Assembly (NCBI RefSeq): GCF_057098645.1 | Contig: NZ_CM169472.1 | Length of the DNA: 64,000 bases | Direction: 5' to 3' (one strand) | In this document: piece by piece, positions 22,933 through 32,527 of the stretch | How the letters are laid out: each line of letters starts with the position of its first letter | Position numbering within the stretch: the stretch's first letter is position 1 | Notes under the pieces: generated by a model | Told to the model about the DNA's origin: nothing | Seen by the model: only the letters and a program-made list of their open reading frames with translations | The model's database searches: none | Program-made: the position numbers and the translations under genes

Positions 22933-23833
22933 CCGTTCCTCCGTTGGTTACGCTCCACTGCGTACATGATGCCGCCTGTGTTTTGTTCAGGACCACATCC
23001 GCCAGAGGAGAAGCCAGCTCCACACGCTGCACACCCTCAACATGCAGGGCGGCAAAGATGGCGCTACGGCGAATATCCCGACCAAGACGCGTCTGACTGG
23101 CGATGTACTTCTGCAGGCTGGCTTTTGCCGCTGCCATTACCGGCTCTGCTTCCGGTCCCGGATAGAGAAAAATGGTGGCTTCCACGCGATACGGGATGAT
23201 TTCTGCGCTGCGAACCGTCAGACGGTCAGCCACCGGGCGGACGTTCTCACTGTTCAGAGCTTTTTCCACCACGTCCAGCAGGTCTTTTTCTGCAGTTCCA
23301 TCGCCTTCGCGGCTAAGGACAGTCAGCACCACCTCTGCAGGTGCCGGGCTGGTTGCACTGGCATCCGCCACCCGACCGTCGGCGCTTCGGGCATGAAATT
23401 CATAAGCTGCAGTTGGCCCCGCAACAGAAAGCCCTTCAAAGGCTGCAGGCACACGCAGGCGTAACGCTTCATCGCTTTCCATCACAGCTGCAACGGGCGG
23501 CACAGCATCATTATCAGCAGGCGTCACCGTCAGGCGTGTCACGTTGTAGTTGGCAGCGAGCTGGTCAAGATCGCCGCCCATCGCGTAAGCCACCATCACC
23601 GCCTGCGCGGCTTCGTTAATGCGCTGGCGCAGAAGCAACTCACGGTAAGCGTTCTCCTGCAACAATTTAGTGACGGGTTCAGATTCCAGTTCCAGCGTGC
23701 GGATCATGGCTTCCTGCTCATCTTTCGGATGAAACGCCACAAATTCTGCCTTGCGTTCGGCAAGCAGCGTCTCAAAGTCCGGCACATCCACAATCTGCGG
23801 TGCAGGCAACTGCGAAAGGTCAATCACTGCCAT
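22925..23833 (-). CDS. Baseplate protein gpJ-like
   Basis: About 302-aa product; start chosen at the Met just after the W stop (track ORF extends to 23872). Confidence 0.75.
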   Translation of the reverse strand: MAVIDLSQLPAPQIVDVPDFETLLAERKAEFVAFHPKDEQEAMIRTLELESEPVTKLLQENAYRELLLRQRINEAAQAVMVAYAMGGDLDQLAANYNVTRLTVTPADNDAVPPVAAVMESDEALRLRVPAAFEGLSVAGPTAAYEFHARSADGRVADASATSPAPAEVVLTVLSREGDGTAEKDLLDVVEKALNSENVRPVADRLTVRSAEIIPYRVEATIFLYPGPEAEPVMAAAKASLQKYIASQTRLGRDIRRSAIFAALHVEGVQRVELASPLADVVLNKTQAASCTQWSVTNGGTDE

Positions 23834-24179
23834 TCTCTGCTCCTGTTGATACGGAAAGGGACACAGGCACACCGTTATTCCGCCGCCCGGTCAGCTCCAC
23901 CACCATAGAACCGTCAAAGTTGCTGTTGATGGTGATGGAATCCAGCGTCAGCCGTGGCTCCCAGCGACTCAGCGCCACATACACTGCCGACATGACCTGC
24001 AGGCGTAATGCCGGATTTTGTGGCTGATCTATCAGTGCCGACAGTAGGGAACCATATTCCCGACGGGCAATGCGGCTACCCTGCGGCGTCAGCAGAATGT
24101 CCCGCACCGACTGGCGCAGATGGTCAATATCAGTAATGACTTTGCCGCTGGTATTGTTCATCCCGCTATAAAGCGTCAT
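23820..24179 (-). CDS. Baseplate wedge protein gpW-like
   Basis: 119-aa ORF, P2 W-like size and position. Confidence 0.75.
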   Translation of the reverse strand: MTLYSGMNNTSGKVITDIDHLRQSVRDILLTPQGSRIARREYGSLLSALIDQPQNPALRLQVMSAVYVALSRWEPRLTLDSITINSNFDGSMVVELTGRRNNGVPVSLSVSTGAENGSD

Positions 24180-24754
24180 ACCGGGCCTCCGGTTGTGTCG
24201 CCGCCTTTCAGGACGCCAGTATGCTGATGTGCATCAACCACAATTCCGTTAGAACTCATTGCACCGCCGCCCTGGGTAACGCCACCATTGATCACCACTT
24301 CGCTGTTAATGCGCGTGCGGTCAGCCTCCAGTACAAACTCATTGGTTTTCATGGTGATGTTGTCAGCGGCCTCAATGACCATTGATTTGATGCCCCTGAC
24401 ATACCAGCGCCCGGTGGCGGGTTCGTATTCAAACCAGCCACCGTCAGGATGTTCTGTCACGCAGGCGTCCGCCGACGTCGACGGTGGCGCGAACTGATTC
24501 GAATAGATGGCGGGCAGCGCAAACGCGGTTTCCAGATTGCCTCCCAGACTCAGCAGCACCACCTGCTCACCTTCCGATGGTTTCCACCATGTGCAGGCAT
24601 TACCCGCGCGCAGCGTCAGCCAGTTAATCCAGTTGGTTTCAAGGTCGCCCGTTTTCACCCGACAAAGCCAGTTTTCCCGGTCCACTTCGGTGACTACACC
24701 TGTGCGGATCAGATTGGTGATAAGGCGCATGATTTCGGTTAATTGTGCGTTCAT
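24176..24754 (-). CDS. Baseplate spike/assembly protein gpV-like
   Basis: 192-aa ORF upstream of W. Confidence 0.75.
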   Translation of the reverse strand: MNAQLTEIMRLITNLIRTGVVTEVDRENWLCRVKTGDLETNWINWLTLRAGNACTWWKPSEGEQVVLLSLGGNLETAFALPAIYSNQFAPPSTSADACVTEHPDGGWFEYEPATGRWYVRGIKSMVIEAADNITMKTNEFVLEADRTRINSEVVINGGVTQGGGAMSSNGIVVDAHQHTGVLKGGDTTGGPV

Positions 24755-24822
24755 AGGGAAAGGTTGCCATCAGGGGAAGAAAGGCGGCAGTGCTGCAACT
24801 TGTATCAGTGCTGATACAAAGA

Positions 24823-25269
24823 TCACCCCGCCAGCCATTGCAGAATCATGTCGCGGGTCATTGCCTCAACATCATCATTTACACCCAGCAGGCGGCGCTC
24901 TGCGTAACGAACCTCCGGTCCTTTGCGACTGACGCGATCACGCAGGCCGTAATGGTGAACACGGGCAATACGCTGCACCTTGCCTTCAAACTGTACGCTG
25001 GCAGAGTCGGCGCTGGCGGCAGTTTTCAGGTATTTTGTGGTGCGCAGCTTTGCAAACATCTGACGTTTGATGCGCCCCTTCTTGCTGCGTGCTGTTACCC
25101 TGCGCGGTTCATAACTGCTGCCATCTGGATTGCGCTGCATCCTGATATTCTGCTGCTGTGTCCGGCGCAGTTCCTGCGCCAGCTGGCGCATCATACGGCT
25201 TCTTGCGGCTGGCTCCAGATTCGCCAGCAAGGCACTCAGCCAGTCGTCCACCTTCTGCAATTCAGCCAC
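24823..25269 (-). CDS. Tail completion protein gpS-like
   Basis: 148-aa ORF overlapping the R stop. Confidence 0.7.
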   Translation of the reverse strand: MAELQKVDDWLSALLANLEPAARSRMMRQLAQELRRTQQQNIRMQRNPDGSSYEPRRVTARSKKGRIKRQMFAKLRTTKYLKTAASADSASVQFEGKVQRIARVHHYGLRDRVSRKGPEVRYAERRLLGVNDDVEAMTRDMILQWLAG

Positions 25270-25714
25270 GTTTCACCGTCCACATTTCTTCAGGTTTATC
25301 GGGTTCCGCTACAGCTTCAACACTCGACACACTGCCGTCAGTACTGACCAGCACACGCTCCGTCAGTTGCAGGTTAAGGCTGATATCACAGACATCGTTG
25401 CGCACAATATCCACCTCAAAGGTGAATAGTTTTTCCCGTAACGCCGGGTTATTGATGGCATCGGGCTGGTTATCACGCAGCCACAGCAAAACCGGGGCCA
25501 TCAGCAGATTCTGGTCGCCGCTGAAATCCTCAATCACCACGTTGAGGGTATAATGGTACTCCCATGACATGGAGCTGGCCCCCGTGGCAACCAGCGAACC
25601 GTTATCCACAAACAGATGCAGTTTGTCCGGGTTATTGCGGACATAAGGCACTGCTTTATTGAGGGCGTGGCGCAGGGACTGTGGTTTGTTCACTGTTTCG
25701 CTCCTGACACGCAA
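25262..25714 (-). CDS. Tail completion protein gpR-like
   Basis: 150-aa ORF downstream of the lysis cassette. Confidence 0.7.
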   Translation of the reverse strand: MRVRSETVNKPQSLRHALNKAVPYVRNNPDKLHLFVDNGSLVATGASSMSWEYHYTLNVVIEDFSGDQNLLMAPVLLWLRDNQPDAINNPALREKLFTFEVDIVRNDVCDISLNLQLTERVLVSTDGSVSSVEAVAEPDKPEEMWTVKRG

Positions 25715-25946
25715 TAATCATGTCCACTTTGTCTGCACAGACCGCCCAGGCGGCCTCCGTTTCATCCAGCAACGCATTCAGATCACCGTTAGTGCGCGGT
25801 GCTGCCTGCTCCAGCCGACACGGCGTCACTCGCGGACAACCACTGACGGTAAGCTGCACCTCCGGTGAGTGCCGGACGTTCCCGCAGCCGGATAATGTCA
25901 GCAGGCAAAGGAGTATCAGCCCAGCGGCGTAAATCCTCGTTCTCAC
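25656..25946 (-). CDS. LysC / Rz1-like outer-membrane lipoprotein spanin
   Basis: 96-aa ORF with lipobox (LLCLLTLSGC), starting in an alternate frame inside lysB and extending past its stop. Confidence 0.6.
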   Translation of the reverse strand: MRTRIYAAGLILLCLLTLSGCGNVRHSPEVQLTVSGCPRVTPCRLEQAAPRTNGDLNALLDETEAAWAVCADKVDMIIACQERNSEQTTVPAPRPQ

Positions 25947-26217
25947 GTTTCAGTTCCTCGATCCGGCGTTGTCGTTGTCTCAGCTGTGCGCTGGTCTGTT
26001 CTGCTTCGGCATAGAGCCGCGCCTGCTCCCGGTTATTGGTTTCAGTCAGAATGGACAGGCTGATAAGCTGGCTGTTGCTCTTTGCCAGTGCCTGGCTTTT
26101 GCTCTGCAGCTCGTCTGCCTGCGTGCTGATGGTCTGGCTGGCATCAGCCAGCCGCCACGTCTGCCAGCCCAGCGCCGCCAGTAATAACGCCAGCACAACC
26201 AGCAGCAACCGGTTCAT
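25789..26217 (-). CDS. LysB / Rz-like inner-membrane spanin
   Basis: 142-aa ORF with N-terminal TM helix and charged coiled-coil region. Confidence 0.65.
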   Translation of the reverse strand: MNRLLLVVLALLLAALGWQTWRLADASQTISTQADELQSKSQALAKSNSQLISLSILTETNNREQARLYAEAEQTSAQLRQRQRRIEELKRENEDLRRWADTPLPADIIRLRERPALTGGAAYRQWLSASDAVSAGAGSTAH

Positions 26218-26663
26218 GCTGCTACCTGTTGCGCCATCTGATTACGGGTGATCCAGAAGGCAATAACGGTCAGTAGATAAAAGACCAGGGTAATAGCCCA
26301 CCCCGTCCAGGCGAGACTTACAACAATCAGCAATCGCATCACCCAACTGGTAAATACGTTTTCTTTTCGGGTAATTGTCTTCAGCAAAGATGCCCTTAAC
26401 TCCTGCCAGAGCGGGCCATTCTTAATTAACGCAGCCAGTGCTACCGGAATTACCGCCCATGTCAGCAAACAGGCTACCCAAACGCCGGACGCTGCCAGTA
26501 CCGGAAAAATCCCCTGCGGATACACCATTGCTGCGATTAACAGCGCCATCCATAACATCAGAAACAGTCCGCTGATTAATTTCTTTTTCATTTCAGTTTG
26601 CTCCCTGTAAACACCAGGCCATCTCCCGCGCACGGCGGTTATCCAGCCCCTGATTAAAAACAC
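26214..26663 (-). CDS. LysA-like membrane protein (lysis regulator / antiholin candidate)
   Basis: 149-aa ORF with about 4 hydrophobic helices, between endolysin and lysB as in P2. Confidence 0.55.
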   Translation of the reverse strand: MFLIRGWITAVRGRWPGVYREQTEMKKKLISGLFLMLWMALLIAAMVYPQGIFPVLAASGVWVACLLTWAVIPVALAALIKNGPLWQELRASLLKTITRKENVFTSWVMRLLIVVSLAWTGWAITLVFYLLTVIAFWITRNQMAQQVAA

Positions 26664-27105
26664 CTTTCACATAAACCCAGCGCGGCAACTGTCGGCACGC
26701 ATCTGCCCAGCGCCGCTGATTGAGTAATTTCACCAGCGTGGAACTGCAGGCATTGCCCGTTCCCACGTTGAAGGCAAACGACACCGCAGCGTCATACACC
26801 TTCTGCGGCGGCTGTTGCTTCACACACCTTTCCAGCGCCCGCTCCACACGCAGCACGTTGGAGATCAGCCCTTCTGCTGCCTGTCGCTCCGTAATGGTTT
26901 TGCCGGGAATGACGCCTGACGTATTACCAATGCCGTCGGTCCAGACACCCGCGCTGCACTGATACGGCTGCAGACGACAACCTTCGTAATCGGCAATCAG
27001 TTTCAGCCCCTCCACGGAGGTGTGAAGCTGCTGAAAACCCGGCAGCGTGGCAGCAATAGCCAGCACGGCCCCGACAAGGCAGCGTTTAACGATTGATGGA
27101 TTCAT
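26593..27105 (-). CDS. Endolysin (lysozyme-like), possibly signal-anchor-release type
   Basis: 170-aa ORF with hydrophobic N-terminus (LVGAVLAIAATLP) and lysozyme-like body; occupies the P2 K position. Confidence 0.7.
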   Translation of the reverse strand: MNPSIVKRCLVGAVLAIAATLPGFQQLHTSVEGLKLIADYEGCRLQPYQCSAGVWTDGIGNTSGVIPGKTITERQAAEGLISNVLRVERALERCVKQQPPQKVYDAAVSFAFNVGTGNACSSTLVKLLNQRRWADACRQLPRWVYVKGVFNQGLDNRRAREMAWCLQGAN

Positions 27106-27301
27106 AGTCCTCCCGCGAGATCTGCCCGTCGCGCAGAAGCTGGTAGGCTTTGTGTTTGTAGTACCAGTTGATAGCCAGCATCAGCACACCAATCATCAGG
27201 CCGCCCAGCGTTGAGGCATCCTTGATGGACAAATCGCCCAGCCAGGCCAGCACGACGGCGATGCAATACGTGATAAAGGCGCTGATTCGCTCAAGCGTCA
27301 T
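27086..27301 (-). CDS. Holin (small two-TM protein)
   Basis: 71-aa ORF with two hydrophobic helices and charged C-terminus, immediately upstream of the endolysin. Confidence 0.65.
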   Translation of the reverse strand: MTLERISAFITYCIAVVLAWLGDLSIKDASTLGGLMIGVLMLAINWYYKHKAYQLLRDGQISREDYESINR

Positions 27302-27304
27302 AAT

Positions 27305-27508
27305 TCAGTCCCATAGCTGGACGGTCTGCACGGTGGTGGTGGTCGGAATGTCCGGCAGCTCCACCTGCAGCCCGTGAGGTAAAAAGGGGCCGTATTCGGC
27401 AAGCCCCGGATTTGCCTTCAGTACCTGCTCCGTGACACCCTGCGTGCGCCCGTAATGACGCCAGCAAAGCGCGTCCACCGTGTCATACTGATGCGCACGC
27501 ACTTTCAT
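27305..27508 (-). CDS. Tail protein gpX-like
   Basis: 67-aa ORF between L and the holin, as in P2. Confidence 0.7.
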   Translation of the reverse strand: MKVRAHQYDTVDALCWRHYGRTQGVTEQVLKANPGLAEYGPFLPHGLQVELPDIPTTTTVQTVQLWD

Positions 27509-28035
27509 CAGATAAGCTCCACTGTGCAGTGCGGCGCATCCTGCACCCGGCTGATGGCCCAGCGGGCGTCACGCCACAAATCACCGCTGGCTTCTGCCAG
27601 TTCTTCGCCCCGCTTCACACCGGATGCCGTGGCGTCATAGTCCTGGTAACGTTCGTTGAGCATGGCGCGTGCCCAGCAGTAAACCGCGTTGAAATAGTGC
27701 TGAATGCGCTCGCTTTTGCCGTCCAGTTGTTCCGCCGGGACTTCTGCCAGCGAGGCATACCCCAGCATCTGCTGGCGTCTGCGAAACTCATACAGCTCTG
27801 CGTTGACCTCCGAAATTGCCGACAGCGCAACCTGCTTTAAACGCGGCTGCGTCACCGTGCCATCAGTGCGCATCACGCTGCGAAACTCCGACAGGTCCAC
27901 ATCAGGCCAGAACGGCGTATTTCTGATGATTTCCGCCTGTTCCGGTGCCTGTTCTGGCGCAACAAACTTCATGCTGCTTTCTCCTGAAATAAAGGGCGGT
28001 GGACGGGGTTTTGATGTGGCAGTGCCTTTCGCCAC
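27508..28035 (-). CDS. Head completion protein gpL-like
   Basis: Central motif ...NAELYEFRRRQ... and C-terminal WRDARWAISRVQ resemble P2 L; true start may be the internal Met (MKFVAPEQ). Confidence 0.75.
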   Translation of the reverse strand: MAKGTATSKPRPPPFISGESSMKFVAPEQAPEQAEIIRNTPFWPDVDLSEFRSVMRTDGTVTQPRLKQVALSAISEVNAELYEFRRRQQMLGYASLAEVPAEQLDGKSERIQHYFNAVYCWARAMLNERYQDYDATASGVKRGEELAEASGDLWRDARWAISRVQDAPHCTVELI

Positions 28036-28067
28036 CCCGTGCCGCCCGTGCGCGGGGGCACGTTCTG

Positions 28068-28706
28068 TCAGCGGCTGTCATTGCGCAGTCTGCGCTCCAG
28101 CTGCTGTTTGTCTTTTTTCACGCCACAGCGGGGATCGAGCTGTAACGCATGGTTGAGATGATTAAGGGCGGAAGCCGGATTGCTTTCACTCAGAACAGCG
28201 CCAATCGCTTTATGCAGACGCGCCCGTGACTGGTCCGGCATATCCAGACCGTCTGTCAGCTCCAGCGTCTGCAGCAACAGATCGGCATCAAAGCCGGTGG
28301 CGGCAAGCATTGCGCTCTGCGCTGCATCTGCCATTTCCTCTGCCAGCACGGTCTGCACATTGCGGTTACCCAGCGGCATCACCCAGCCATGACGCAGGGC
28401 ATGACGCCCGATCTCCAGCGCTCCGGCATCAATGCGCCACAGCATCACGTACATCAGCACGTCATCCTGTTGAGCGCCTCCGGCAGCCAGGACGCCCTCC
28501 GCCCAGGCGGCATATTTCGGCAGCAGCTCCACCTTTATTTCCGCTTTTTTGACCGTGGACTGAACGCCCTTGAGACGGCGGCGGTCTTCCGCCAGTTGCA
28601 GCAGCATCAGGTCATAGCCAGATGCGTGGCGAACGCTGCCGCCCTCGCGGGCGGCCTGTTCAGCCTGAACGCGCAGGCGATGCTGCCGTGCGGGACTCAG
28701 GCTCAT
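28068..28706 (-). CDS. Terminase small subunit gpM-like
   Basis: 212-aa ORF between N and L. Confidence 0.75.
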   Translation of the reverse strand: MSLSPARQHRLRVQAEQAAREGGSVRHASGYDLMLLQLAEDRRRLKGVQSTVKKAEIKVELLPKYAAWAEGVLAAGGAQQDDVLMYVMLWRIDAGALEIGRHALRHGWVMPLGNRNVQTVLAEEMADAAQSAMLAATGFDADLLLQTLELTDGLDMPDQSRARLHKAIGAVLSESNPASALNHLNHALQLDPRCGVKKDKQQLERRLRNDSR

Positions 28707-28709
28707 AGG

Positions 28710-29768
28710 TTACGCTCCGGCTTCTGCTGCAGCGGCGCTGAAATCGCCAATCTGGATGTTTTCCACCAGTGCGGCGCAGCGGTAGTCCTCAACCACATAG
28801 GCTTCGTTAACGGATTCAAAGTTTTCAATCCGGTCACGTTTCGGGTTGTCGATAACTGAACGGCGGCGGGTGTCTTCCTGCCAGTAGATGGACAGGTTAT
28901 CCAGACGGGTGATTAGCAGCGCATTCGGCGGGAAGAACGGCGCACGCACGGCCTGCAGGCCACCCATGCGTTTCTGACTGATGATCATATCGGCAGCCAG
29001 TTTTTCACTGTTTTCCTGCTCTTTGTTGACCAGCGGGAAATACTTGTCAGACAGCAGTTCACGCCCGCAAATAACCACCAGATCGTCATCGTCCTGGTAA
29101 ACCACGTCGATAAGCTCATTGACGGCATCCATCACTACGGCGTCCAGGTTGGCATATTCGCCACCTTTCCCGACTTTCACCGCACCCGGTGTAGTTTCAC
29201 CGCCCGTGGTGGTGCTGCCCATGACGTGATCCGGTGCATCCTCACGGATTTTCTGCAGCCAGCCTTTATTCACATCCTGCAGCAGCGGGTTTTCGCTACG
29301 GTTGGAGGTTTTCGCACGCTTCACGCCGTTAAAGCCGATCATGATGCGGTCCAGTGCCTGACGTTTCACGATGGCGTCACGGATACGCACCTGGAAATCC
29401 TGAAACTTCGCCCACAGGTCCAGCTTCGCGTAGGTCAGCACCGTGTCAAAGTTGGTCTGCTCGCATTTATATTCCACATCGACCATCAGCGTCGGATCGA
29501 CAGGTTCACGCTCTTTCGCGGTGGTATCAGTGGTTCCGGCAATGGTGCTGCCAACACCCAGCCCCAGCAACTGACCGGACTGCTCAGTCACTGGCGTGAC
29601 GTTAATCAGTGTCAGGAAAGCGGCGGACTGCTGGATCTGGTCTTCCAGCGTCTGCTGCACGGACGGTTCGACGGTGAACTTGCTGGACAGTTCTTCAACT
29701 GCAACACCGTTCAGACGCGCCAGCTGCTGCAGGTAAGCGTTAAAAGCAAAGCGGGTATTCTTCTTCAT
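28710..29768 (-). CDS. Major capsid protein gpN-like
   Basis: 352-aa ORF downstream of the scaffold gene. Confidence 0.85.
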   Translation of the reverse strand: MKKNTRFAFNAYLQQLARLNGVAVEELSSKFTVEPSVQQTLEDQIQQSAAFLTLINVTPVTEQSGQLLGLGVGSTIAGTTDTTAKEREPVDPTLMVDVEYKCEQTNFDTVLTYAKLDLWAKFQDFQVRIRDAIVKRQALDRIMIGFNGVKRAKTSNRSENPLLQDVNKGWLQKIREDAPDHVMGSTTTGGETTPGAVKVGKGGEYANLDAVVMDAVNELIDVVYQDDDDLVVICGRELLSDKYFPLVNKEQENSEKLAADMIISQKRMGGLQAVRAPFFPPNALLITRLDNLSIYWQEDTRRRSVIDNPKRDRIENFESVNEAYVVEDYRCAALVENIQIGDFSAAAAEAGA

Positions 29769-29784
29769 CGGGTTTTGTGCTCCA

Positions 29785-30618
29785 TCAGCAATTGGTCAGA
29801 GTGTCAGCGGGGGCGTTACCGCCTGTTGCACGCTGGCGGTAGTCCTGGCGGCTGTCTTCATGACTCAGCTTGTCCACCAGTTCGTTAAAGGCGGTCTGCT
29901 GTGCCTGCAGGGCAGTCTCCAGCTCAGACAGGCGTTCTTCCTGCTCAGACAGGGATTTTTCGGTGCGTGCGCTCAGGTTCTGCTGCTCTGTGGCGACCAG
30001 CTCCACGGCCTTATGCACATCAGAGAACCGGGCGTCATCGGACTGCTCTTTTTTGGTAAACAGCGCCGTGACGCGGGCAAACAGGGACGGTTTGTCGTCC
30101 TGGATTTCTTCCAGTTCGATCACCGTTTCCTCTGCAGCGGTAAAGAGATTGGCAGGATTCTGCTTGCGGTTTGCCAGCGGGTTATGGGCTGCACTGGCGC
30201 TGAATGTCAGCATTTCCGTACCCAGACTGGCGGGATCATCAGTGGCAGCCAGGCCGACCAGGTAGGCTTTGCCCGTATCAGCGAACTTCGGGCTGACTTC
30301 CATAGAGGTGAATAATTTCTGGCCTTTTTTCACCAGTTCCACCAGGGACTCCGTTGGCTCAACGTCGGCATACAGCGCCATCTTGCCTGCCAGCGGACCT
30401 TCCGTGATTTCTTCAGCAAACAGCGCCGTCACCTTGCCGTAGCGGTTAAAGGTGCTGTCCGGCAGATAAGACTTGATGTGCTCAAGGTTAATCAGCGCGG
30501 TATACACCGCCGGGTTGTAGCTGGCTGCCATCTGTTCCAGCCATTCACGCTGGATTTCGCGTCCGTCGGTGGTGGCACCTTCCACCCCGATGCGAAAACG
30601 CTTTGCTTTCACTGTCAT
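29785..30618 (-). CDS. Capsid scaffolding protein gpO-like
   Basis: 277-aa ORF with acidic/coiled-coil C-terminal half, divergent from P. Confidence 0.8.
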   Translation of the reverse strand: MTVKAKRFRIGVEGATTDGREIQREWLEQMAASYNPAVYTALINLEHIKSYLPDSTFNRYGKVTALFAEEITEGPLAGKMALYADVEPTESLVELVKKGQKLFTSMEVSPKFADTGKAYLVGLAATDDPASLGTEMLTFSASAAHNPLANRKQNPANLFTAAEETVIELEEIQDDKPSLFARVTALFTKKEQSDDARFSDVHKAVELVATEQQNLSARTEKSLSEQEERLSELETALQAQQTAFNELVDKLSHEDSRQDYRQRATGGNAPADTLTNC

Positions 30619-30760
30619 GAGCCGTGCTCCGTTAGAAAAAACTTACTGGAGCCTTATGGTTGCGGTGATGGGGGCAGTGAAACAATGCGCGGTATTTGTA
30701 CCGACAACCACACAAACCGCAGGCGGGGAAAGCCTTCATTCAAGGCTGTAGGTTTGTGCC

Positions 30761-32527
30761 ATGAACACCACACTGACACCCGCAGATCTCGATCCCCGTC
30801 GGCAGGCCATGCTGCTGTACTTTCAGGGATACCGCGTAGCCCGCATTGCTGAAATGCTGGGCGAGAAAGTTGCAACCGTTCACAGCTGGAAAAAACGCGA
30901 CAAGTGGGGTGACTATGGGCCGCTGGATCAGATGCAGCTCACCACCGCCGCACGCTACTGCCAGCTCATTATGAAGGAGCACAAAGAAGGGAAAGATTTC
31001 AAAGAGATTGACCTGCTGGCGCGCCAGTCTGAGCGCCACGCGCGGATCGGCAAGTTTAACAATGGCGGCAACGAAGCCGACTTAAACCCTAACGTCGCCA
31101 ACCGCAACAAAGGCCCACGCCGTCAGCCGGAAAAGAATGTTTTCACCGATGAACAGATTGAGAAGCTGGAAGAAATCTTCCATTCCTCCATGTTCAACTA
31201 CCAGCGCCACTGGTGGGAAGCCGGAAAAACCAACCGCATCCGCAACCTGCTGAAGTCACGCCAGATCGGCGCGACCTTCTATTTTGCCCGTGAAGCCCTG
31301 ATTGACGCCCTGCTGACCGGACGTAACCAGATTTTCCTTTCTGCCAGTAAGGCACAGGCCCACGTCTTCAAACAGTACATCATCGACTTTGCCAAAGAAG
31401 TAGAGGTGGAGCTGAAAGGCGATCCGATGGTGCTTCCCAACGGGGCCACACTGTATTTCCTCGGCACCAATGCCCGCACGGCCCAGAGTTATCACGGCAA
31501 CCTGTATCTGGATGAATATTTCTGGATACCAAAATTCCAGGAGCTGCGCAAAGTGGCTTCCGGTATGGCTATTCACAAAAAATGGCGACAAACCTATTTT
31601 TCCACGCCATCCAGTCTGACACACAGTGCTTATCCGTTCTGGTCCGGTGCGCTGTTCAACCGTGGGCGCAACAAAGCCGATAAGGTGGACATCGACCTGT
31701 CCCACAGCAATCTGGCCCCCGGCCTGCTGTGCGCAGACGGGCAATACCGCCAGATAGTCACCGTGGAAGATGCGGTGCGCGGCGGCTGTAACCTGTTCGA
31801 CCTCGACCAGCTACGCATGGAGTACAGCCCGGACGAATACCAGAACCTGCTGATGTGCGAGTTTGTGGACGATCTCGCGTCCGTGTTTCCGCTCAGCGAG
31901 CTGCAGGCGTGCATGGTGGACAGTTGGGAAGTCTGGACCGACTTTCATGCACTGGCGCTGCGCCCGTTTGGCTGGCGCGAAGTGTGGATCGGTTATGACC
32001 CGGCAAAAGGCACGCAAAACGGCGACAGCGCCGGATGCGTGGTGGTGGCACCGCCAGCCGTGCCGGGTGGTAAGTTCCGCATTCTTGAGCGTCACCAGTG
32101 GCGCGGGATGGACTTCCGCGCCCAGGCTGACGCCATCAAAAAACTGACCGAACAGTACAACGTGACCTATATCGGTATCGACTCAACCGGCGTTGGTCAC
32201 GGGGTTTACGAGAACGTGAAAGCGTTTTTTCCTGCCGTCCGGGAGTTTGTCTACAACCCCAACGTTAAAAACGCCCTGGTACTCAAGGCCTACGACATTA
32301 TCAGCCACCGCCGTCTGGAGTTTGACGCCGGACACACCGACATAGCGCAGTCCTTTATGGCAATACGTCGCGCCACCACCGCCAGTGGCAACCGCCCGAC
32401 CTATGAAGCCAGCCGCAGCGAAGAAGCCAGCCACGCCGATCTGGCCTGGGCAACAATGCACGCACTGTTTAACGAACCGCTGCAGGGCGAATCCGCCAAT
32501 ACCAGCAATATTGTGGAGATTTTTTGA
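30761..32527 (+). CDS. Terminase large subunit (ATPase) gpP-like
   Basis: 588-aa ORF divergent from the capsid operon, overlapping Q start. Confidence 0.85.
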   Translation: MNTTLTPADLDPRRQAMLLYFQGYRVARIAEMLGEKVATVHSWKKRDKWGDYGPLDQMQLTTAARYCQLIMKEHKEGKDFKEIDLLARQSERHARIGKFNNGGNEADLNPNVANRNKGPRRQPEKNVFTDEQIEKLEEIFHSSMFNYQRHWWEAGKTNRIRNLLKSRQIGATFYFAREALIDALLTGRNQIFLSASKAQAHVFKQYIIDFAKEVEVELKGDPMVLPNGATLYFLGTNARTAQSYHGNLYLDEYFWIPKFQELRKVASGMAIHKKWRQTYFSTPSSLTHSAYPFWSGALFNRGRNKADKVDIDLSHSNLAPGLLCADGQYRQIVTVEDAVRGGCNLFDLDQLRMEYSPDEYQNLLMCEFVDDLASVFPLSELQACMVDSWEVWTDFHALALRPFGWREVWIGYDPAKGTQNGDSAGCVVVAPPAVPGGKFRILERHQWRGMDFRAQADAIKKLTEQYNVTYIGIDSTGVGHGVYENVKAFFPAVREFVYNPNVKNALVLKAYDIISHRRLEFDAGHTDIAQSFMAIRRATTASGNRPTYEASRSEEASHADLAWATMHALFNEPLQGESANTSNIVEIF

